In this document: in pieces, positions 58,463 to 64,000 of the stretch
How the letters are laid out: each line of letters opens with the position of its first letter
Numbering within the stretch: position 1 is the stretch's first letter
Source: an uncultured Acidobacteriota bacterium
GTDB taxonomy: Bacteria > Acidobacteriota > UBA6911
Length of the DNA: 64,000 nt
NCBI GenBank assembly: GCA_963843575.1
Contig: CAWJKZ010000018.1
Location: forward strand, 64,001 to 128,000
Direction of reading: 5' to 3'
Notes under the pieces: model-generated
Databases searched by the model: none
What the model was told of the DNA's origin: nothing
What the model saw: only the letters and a program-made list of their open reading frames with translations
Position numbers and translations under genes: made by a program

Positions 58463-61210
58463 ATGGACGCCCTGGTTCAAGACCTGCGCTACGCGGTGCG
58501 CACCCTGCGCCGCAACCCCGGATTTACCATCGTAGCGCTGCTGACGCTGGCGTTGGGCATCGGCATCAACGCGGCACTGTTCAGCGTCGTGAACGCGGTG
58601 CTGCTGCGTCCGCTACCCTACCGAAACGCAGACCGCCTGGTCTGGGTGGCCCGGGAAGTCCCGGAGCTGAAGGCGGAGTTGCTGGGGAGCATTGATTACT
58701 TCCGTTTCAAGGACCAGAGCCGGACCCTGGAAGCCATCGCCGCTTTCCAGGACCGGGGCGACGAGATGAACCTCGCCGGCGGCGACGTTCCCGAGCGTGT
58801 GCGGGGAACGCAAGTGACGCGCGACTTTTTTGGGCTTTTCGGCGTCTTGCCTGCGCTTGGGCGTGTCTTCACCGACGACGAGGACCAGCCCGGCGGCGCC
58901 CGCTCGGTGATCCTCATGCACGGTTTCTGGCAGCGCCGCTTCGGCGGGGATCCGGGCGTGATCGGGAGAACGCTGGTGATCGACGACGCGCCGCGCACCG
59001 TCGTCGGGGTAATGCGGGCCGGATTCCGGTTCCCACGCCAGCCCGACCTGGATTTGCTCGAGCCGATGCAGCTGAGCCGCGGCCAGGCCGAATCGGGAGG
59101 GATGAGGCGCATCCGGGTGGTCAACGCGATCGGTCTGCTGCGCTCGGGGGCGACGGTCTCCGACGCCATCACGGAACTGCGATCGATAGCCGAGCGCTCC
59201 GAGACGCCGGCCGGGCCTGCGGGCGAAGGCAGGCCTCGGCGGGAGGGCGCCGGGGTGAACGCGCCGGTTCCACCGGATTCACGCGACGAGGTCAGGGTGG
59301 AGATAGGCCCAGGAAAGGGCCCGGACGAGGACATGGACCTGCGTGAGGAGGGCGCACGCCCGAGGCCGGGAGGGGGTCCTGCAGGCGCGGACGCAGCCCG
59401 GGGCACGCCCGCACCGCCCCCTGCCGGCGCCGTTCGGGGGCATAGCCCCGCAGGCGCTCCGGCCGAAGGCCCGCAGATGCGCTACTCGCGCACGGCGCCG
59501 GGACCCGCGGGCCCGATGCGGCGCGGGCCGGGTTTCATGGGGGAGACCCGGATCAATGTTGTCCCCCTCCAGCAGAAGATCGCCGGCAACGTGCGGCCGG
59601 CGCTATTGATACTGCTCGGCGCGGTCGGCCTCGTCCTCCTGATTGCGTGCGCCAACGTAGCCAACCTCCTGCTGGCCCGCGCGACGGTGAGGCAGAGGGA
59701 GATCACGATCAGGGCGGCACTCGGGGCGGGCCGCGGCCGGCTCGTCGCGCAGCTCCTGGCCGAGAGCTTGTTGCTGGGGGCGGCGGGCGGGCTCCTGGGC
59801 GTGCTCGGTGCCGCGTGGGGCGTCAAATCGCTTGTCGCGCTGGGACAGGGCGGGGCCGTCGGGGCGGTGCTGCAGCAGTTCGAACTCGGCATCGACGGGA
59901 GCGTGCTGGGGTTCATGGCCCTCGTCTCCCTCGCGACGGGCCTGGCTTTCGGGATTGTGCCCGCACTCGCATCGACCCGGGTCGACATCAGCGAAGGATT
60001 AAAGGACGGCTCCCACGGGGCGTCCGCCCCGGGCCATCGGCTGCTGCGCAGCTCCCTGGTCGTGGCGGAATTGACGCTTGCCCTAATGCTGCTCGCCGGC
60101 GCTGGTCTGCTCCTGAACAGCTTCGCCCGCCTGCTGTCGGTCGACCTGGGGTACGACCCGGACAGGGTGCTCACGATGTCGGTCGATCTCAGCGGGCGGC
60201 GCTACCCGGACCCGGCCCAGAGGAAAGCGTTCTTCCGCCGGCTCCTGGAGCAAGTCCGTGCCCTGCCCGGCGTGGAATCGGCCGGCATGGCCAACGCCCT
60301 GCCGATCAGCGAGCCGACGATGGTCTTCCGGGGGCTCGAGATCGAAGGGCGTGGGCAGTCGCCCGAAGACCCTTCGGTTTTTGCCAGCAGCATCACGCCC
60401 GGCTACTTCCCCGCCATCGGAATGCGGCTGAACCGCGGACGCTTTTTCGACGAACACGACGACGAGCACTCGCAGCGCGTGGCCATCGTCAACGCCGCCT
60501 TCGCCTCGTATTTCTGGCCGGGTCAGGATCCCCTGGGCAAACGGTTCCGGATCGGGCCAGTGTTCGGAGGGGCGACTGTTGTCGGAGTGGTCGCCAACGT
60601 GAGGCGCCAGACGCTCGAGAGCGAGGCGATGCCGGAAATCTACCTGCCGTACCAGCAGGTGCCCGACGTGCGTTTCATGGCACTCGCCGTCCGGACCAGG
60701 ATGGCGGCGTCGGCGCTGGCGCCCGCCGTCCGGGAAACGGTTTCCAACCTCGACAACCAGATGGCCGTGCAAGGCGTCTCGACCCTGCGGGACCGCGTTG
60801 CGGCGGCGGTCGCGCCACGCAGGTTCAATCTCGTCCTGCTCGGATCGTTCGCCCTGCTGGCGCTACTGCTGGCCGCAGTCGGCCTGTACGGGGTGATGGA
60901 CTACGCGGTCGCGCGCCGCACCCAGGAGATCGGGGTCCGGATGGCGCTCGGGGCGCAACCTGCCGACGTTAAGAAGATGGTCCTGAAGGAGGCGATGCAG
61001 CTGGCCGCCATCGGCGTCGCCGCCGGGCTGGCCGGGAGTTACCTGATCACCCGGGTGCTGAGCAGTCAGCTCTATGCAGTGACCGCGACCGATCCGCTGA
61101 CCTACGGCCTCGCCGCCGTCCTCCTGGCCTTGGTCGCGCTCCTGGCAAGCTACATCCCGGCGAGCAAAGCCACTCGGGTCGACCCGGTCGACTCCCTCCG
61201 GTATCAGTAG
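58463..61210 (+). CDS. ADOP-type duplicated ABC permease (MacB_PCD/FtsX x2) with a Pro/Gly-rich insertion
   Basis: QDLRYAVRTLRRNPGF, LLIACANVANLLLARA, RRTQEIGVRMALGA, VDPVDSLR; no ATPase gene adjacent. Confidence 0.93.
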   Translation: MDALVQDLRYAVRTLRRNPGFTIVALLTLALGIGINAALFSVVNAVLLRPLPYRNADRLVWVAREVPELKAELLGSIDYFRFKDQSRTLEAIAAFQDRGDEMNLAGGDVPERVRGTQVTRDFFGLFGVLPALGRVFTDDEDQPGGARSVILMHGFWQRRFGGDPGVIGRTLVIDDAPRTVVGVMRAGFRFPRQPDLDLLEPMQLSRGQAESGGMRRIRVVNAIGLLRSGATVSDAITELRSIAERSETPAGPAGEGRPRREGAGVNAPVPPDSRDEVRVEIGPGKGPDEDMDLREEGARPRPGGGPAGADAARGTPAPPPAGAVRGHSPAGAPAEGPQMRYSRTAPGPAGPMRRGPGFMGETRINVVPLQQKIAGNVRPALLILLGAVGLVLLIACANVANLLLARATVRQREITIRAALGAGRGRLVAQLLAESLLLGAAGGLLGVLGAAWGVKSLVALGQGGAVGAVLQQFELGIDGSVLGFMALVSLATGLAFGIVPALASTRVDISEGLKDGSHGASAPGHRLLRSSLVVAELTLALMLLAGAGLLLNSFARLLSVDLGYDPDRVLTMSVDLSGRRYPDPAQRKAFFRRLLEQVRALPGVESAGMANALPISEPTMVFRGLEIEGRGQSPEDPSVFASSITPGYFPAIGMRLNRGRFFDEHDDEHSQRVAIVNAAFASYFWPGQDPLGKRFRIGPVFGGATVVGVVANVRRQTLESEAMPEIYLPYQQVPDVRFMALAVRTRMAASALAPAVRETVSNLDNQMAVQGVSTLRDRVAAAVAPRRFNLVLLGSFALLALLLAAVGLYGVMDYAVARRTQEIGVRMALGAQPADVKKMVLKEAMQLAAIGVAAGLAGSYLITRVLSSQLYAVTATDPLTYGLAAVLLALVALLASYIPASKATRVDPVDSLRYQ

Positions 61211-61445
61211 GGGACGGACCAAGCTAAGTCTTTAAACCACTATGGCTTATAGGTATTAGTCGTCAAAAAGCGCCCTTATTTCGCGATTTTGGTGCCATTT
61301 TCCTCGATTAGCGCTGATTTTACCGGATCTCGGATCCACCCGCGAGCCATTCAGGCTAATTGAAAAAAAACAGCCCCAAAAAATGCAAATAGCGGGTGAT
61401 TTTCACGGGAAATTCATCATAACCTACTGTATTCGTTAAACTTGC

Positions 61446-62024
61446 TCAGGTCCGTCCCCTCTTCAGCGGGGTGGTGTAGAGGAAGAGGGTGTGGCTGGCG
61501 TTGTCTTCGTTGGAGAGGAACTGGATCGACTCGTCGGGTTCGAAACCTTCCAGTCCGTAGTTGTGGAAAACGAGACGAGTGCCGCGCTTGAGCTTCGCGA
61601 ACTTCGGGATCAGCTTCTGGTTGATTTCCGGCAGCAGGTACAGCGGCAGGACGTCGGCTCCTTTGAAGTCGACCGCGAAAAGGTCCGCTTCGGCGATGGT
61701 CACGAGGCGGCTGACGCCGTTGCGCGCCGCGTTGGCGCGGGCTGCGGCCACCCGTTCCGGGTCGATGTCGTACCCGAAGCCTCGGCACCCGTATTTCTGG
61801 GCCGCGAGGATCACCATGCGGCCGTCGCCGCAGCCCAGGTCGTAAACGACGTCGCCCTTTCTTATCCGGCCCATTTTGAGCATCGCCGAAACCACGTCGT
61901 ACGGCGTGCCGACGTAGACCACGTCGGGGGTGCGTGACTGCGCGGGCGGAGGGGGTGGTGGGGCCGGGTTGTCGAGGCCAGTCAGGGAGAGCGCCATCAG
62001 GACAGCGATGGTGAGTCGTGGCAT
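61446..62024 (-). CDS. Class I SAM-dependent methyltransferase with signal peptide
   Basis: DVVYVGTP, YDLGCGDGR, YDIDP, LYLLPE, GTRLVFHNY. Confidence 0.88.
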   Translation of the reverse strand: MPRLTIAVLMALSLTGLDNPAPPPPPPAQSRTPDVVYVGTPYDVVSAMLKMGRIRKGDVVYDLGCGDGRMVILAAQKYGCRGFGYDIDPERVAAARANAARNGVSRLVTIAEADLFAVDFKGADVLPLYLLPEINQKLIPKFAKLKRGTRLVFHNYGLEGFEPDESIQFLSNEDNASHTLFLYTTPLKRGRT

Positions 62025-62043
62025 GAGCGGTGGCCTTTTCCCT

Positions 62044-62821
62044 CTATCGGAAGATGGACAGCATGGGCAGCTGATCTTTCATGCGGTCGACGGCGGCATC
62101 GCTGATGTCGCAGCCGGCGGCGTGAACGATGCGCAAGTTGGGCATAGACGTGAAGCGTCTCAAGTCGGCGTCGGCGATGCGGCAGTTGGTCAGGTTCAGG
62201 ACGTTGAGCCTCTGCGACCCCTGCAGTCTGGCCAGGCCCGCGCCGGTAACTTTCGTGTCCTGCACGGCGAGCACTTCGAGGGCCTTCATGCGCGCCACCT
62301 CAGCCAGATCGTCGTCTCCGACGCCGGTGCCGCTCAGGTTGAGGACTCTCAGGCCGGTTGCTGCGACGCGCTTCAGGGCCCGTCCAGGAATCCTGGTGCG
62401 TTGCAGTGAAAGGGCCTCCAGCCGCACCAGGCCCGACAGCCAGGTCGGGTCGTGATCGCTCAAGTCGACGTCGTGCACGTATAGCCGCTTCAACGCCGCG
62501 CACGCCTTGAGCTGCGCCAGGCCGGCGGGAGTCACCCGGCCCCCGCCGATTTCCAGCCATTCCAGGCTGCGCAGCTTCGCGACCTGGCCGAGCGCCGTGT
62601 CGCTCAGTTCGCCCCTGGAGGCTTCGATCCAGCGGATGCGTCCCGCGGCGTCCTGTTGCAGCGGTATGCGCGCCCGCGCCATGCGCGGCGGCCGTCTGTT
62701 CGGCGCGAGCCGGGGCGGAGCCGGCGCCCGAGGAGCGTCTGCGCTGCGCTGCGGCCGTGAGCGTCAGGGCGCCGAGCAGCACGATCGTCAGACACCAGGC
62801 CGGGCGCCAAGAACCGCTCAC
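62044..62821 (-). pseudogene. Exported leucine-rich-repeat protein; the signal peptide is separated from the LRR body by a +1 frameshift near 62682 (possibly sequencing error)
   Basis: GGGAGG RBS and GTG 62821 give VSGSWRPAWCLTIVLLGALTLTAAAQ; LRRs (LEWLEIGG, LRVLNLSGTGVGD, LNVLNLTNC) lie in the 62044-62682 frame. Confidence 0.7.
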
Positions 62822-62947
62822 ACGATCGTCCTCCCACTTTCGTATACACCGAAACCGCGCAAACCGCCAACGGAATAGTCCGGCGAACGGCCGGTGCGGA
62901 ACGGATGGGGGCACGCGCGCAGGAACCGCTGGAGGTGGCCGGGCCGC

Positions 62948-64000
62948 CTAACGGGAGTCGACGGCAAAGGGGAAGACGGCGACGTTTTTCTCGAAGGCCA
63001 CGGACCAGGGGAGCTGTCCCGACCGGACGAGGGACTCGGCGGCACACGCGTCGAGCGCCTTCGCAAAGTAGTATCCCTGGCCGAATTCGCAGCCGAGGCT
63101 CTGAAGCATGCGCATTTGCATCAGGTTCTCGATCCCCTCGGCGATCACCGCCATTCGCAGGCTGCGGGCGAGGCTGGCGATGGCCTGGACGATCTTCCAC
63201 GTGTCGTCGCTGAGCCCCAGCTTGCCGATGAACGACCGGTCGATCTTCAGGGTGTCGACGGGGAACTTGTGCAGGTAGCTCAACGAGGAGTACCCGGTCC
63301 CGAAATCGTCCATGTGCACTTCGATGTCCATGGTGCGGATCCGAGCCAGGGTCTCCGAGATGACCCTGGTGTTCTCCATCAGGGCGGTTTCGGTGATCTC
63401 GAGATGGAGGCTGCCGGGATCGAGCCCGGATCGGCTCAGGGTCTGTTCGAGCATGCCGAGCAGGTGCGGACTCGAGTAGTGCCGGGCGCAGAGGTTGACG
63501 TTCACCGACAGAGGCTCCCGACATCCGGCTTGCCACTTCGCGACCTGGCTGCAGGCCTGCAGGAGTACCCATTCCTCCAGCGGGACGATCAGGTCCGTGG
63601 ATTCGGCCATCCCGAGGAACTCCTCGGGAAGCACGAGGGTCTGTTCGCGTTGCCAGCGCACCAGTGCCTCGAATCCCTCCAGGGCGCCGGTCTTCAGGCT
63701 GACGATCGGTTGGTACTGGACTCTGAACTCGCCGCGGTCGAACGCCTTGCGGAAGTCGGATTCCAGCTGCATGTGGCTGACGGCGAGCGAACGCATTTCC
63801 CGGTCGAAGATTTCACAGCGCGCCCGGCTGTTCCTGGCGCGGTGCATCGCGGTGGAGGCGTCGCGCAGAAGCTCGTCCGGCGTCGCATAATCGGGGGTGG
63901 CCACCGTGATGCCGGAGGTCGAGGTGACGTGGACGGTCCGCGCTTCCAGCTGGAAGGGCTTTTCCAGTTCCGTGTGCACCTGGGTGACGACGTGCATCGC
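62948..64000 (-). CDS. GGDEF-EAL protein, C-terminal part (5' end beyond the window)
   Basis: GGDEF tail (ELLRDASTAMHRA), YQPIV, FEALVRW, LEITE, DDFGTGYSSL, LKIDRSF, AEGIE. Confidence 0.92.
   Translation of the reverse strand, partial: AMHVVTQVHTELEKPFQLEARTVHVTSTSGITVATPDYATPDELLRDASTAMHRARNSRARCEIFDREMRSLAVSHMQLESDFRKAFDRGEFRVQYQPIVSLKTGALEGFEALVRWQREQTLVLPEEFLGMAESTDLIVPLEEWVLLQACSQVAKWQAGCREPLSVNVNLCARHYSSPHLLGMLEQTLSRSGLDPGSLHLEITETALMENTRVISETLARIRTMDIEVHMDDFGTGYSSLSYLHKFPVDTLKIDRSFIGKLGLSDDTWKIVQAIASLARSLRMAVIAEGIENLMQMRMLQSLGCEFGQGYYFAKALDACAAESLVRSGQLPWSVAFEKNVAVFPFAVDSR

Noticed and set aside
1-64000. tRNA, rRNA, prophage, integrase or transposase genes
   Set aside because: None recognised by eye; tRNAscan-SE and Rfam were not run.

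Overview
GC-rich bacterial chromosome segment, probably Acidobacteriota (inferred from an ADOP-type duplicated ABC permease, a carboxypeptidase-regulatory/Oar-type TonB receptor and many Tat-exported sugar enzymes). Left half (1-34 kb): a cysteine synthase / JAB protease / ubiquitin-like-E1-rhodanese fusion operon plus glycan-use genes (GH30-like, GH36, GH127-like, two paralogous GH-A-like proteins, two Gfo/Idh/MocA, two DUF1080, a TIM-barrel isomerase and a TonB receptor). Middle (34-46 kb): a two-component signalling block with a MEDS/PAS kinase, two hybrid kinases, three response regulators and a secreted serine protease. Standout feature (46.8-57.5 kb): a co-oriented, largely translationally coupled seven-gene operon. 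It encodes a TPR protein, a 23-CxxCH cytochrome, a 43-CxxCH cytochrome with a near-identical 222-bp tri-heme tandem repeat, an outer-membrane beta-barrel, an exported unknown, a di-heme-b-like membrane protein, and a membrane-anchored ferredoxin fused to a circularly permuted TrxB-fold flavoprotein lacking CxxC. Together these look like a NAD(P)H-to-cell-surface electron conduit (inference). Also present: a MITE/REP-like repeat family in 5 copies and five frameshifts, all +1, which probably reflect sequencing error. No rRNA, tRNA, CRISPR or transposase was seen. All family calls come from reading motifs by eye, not from database searches.
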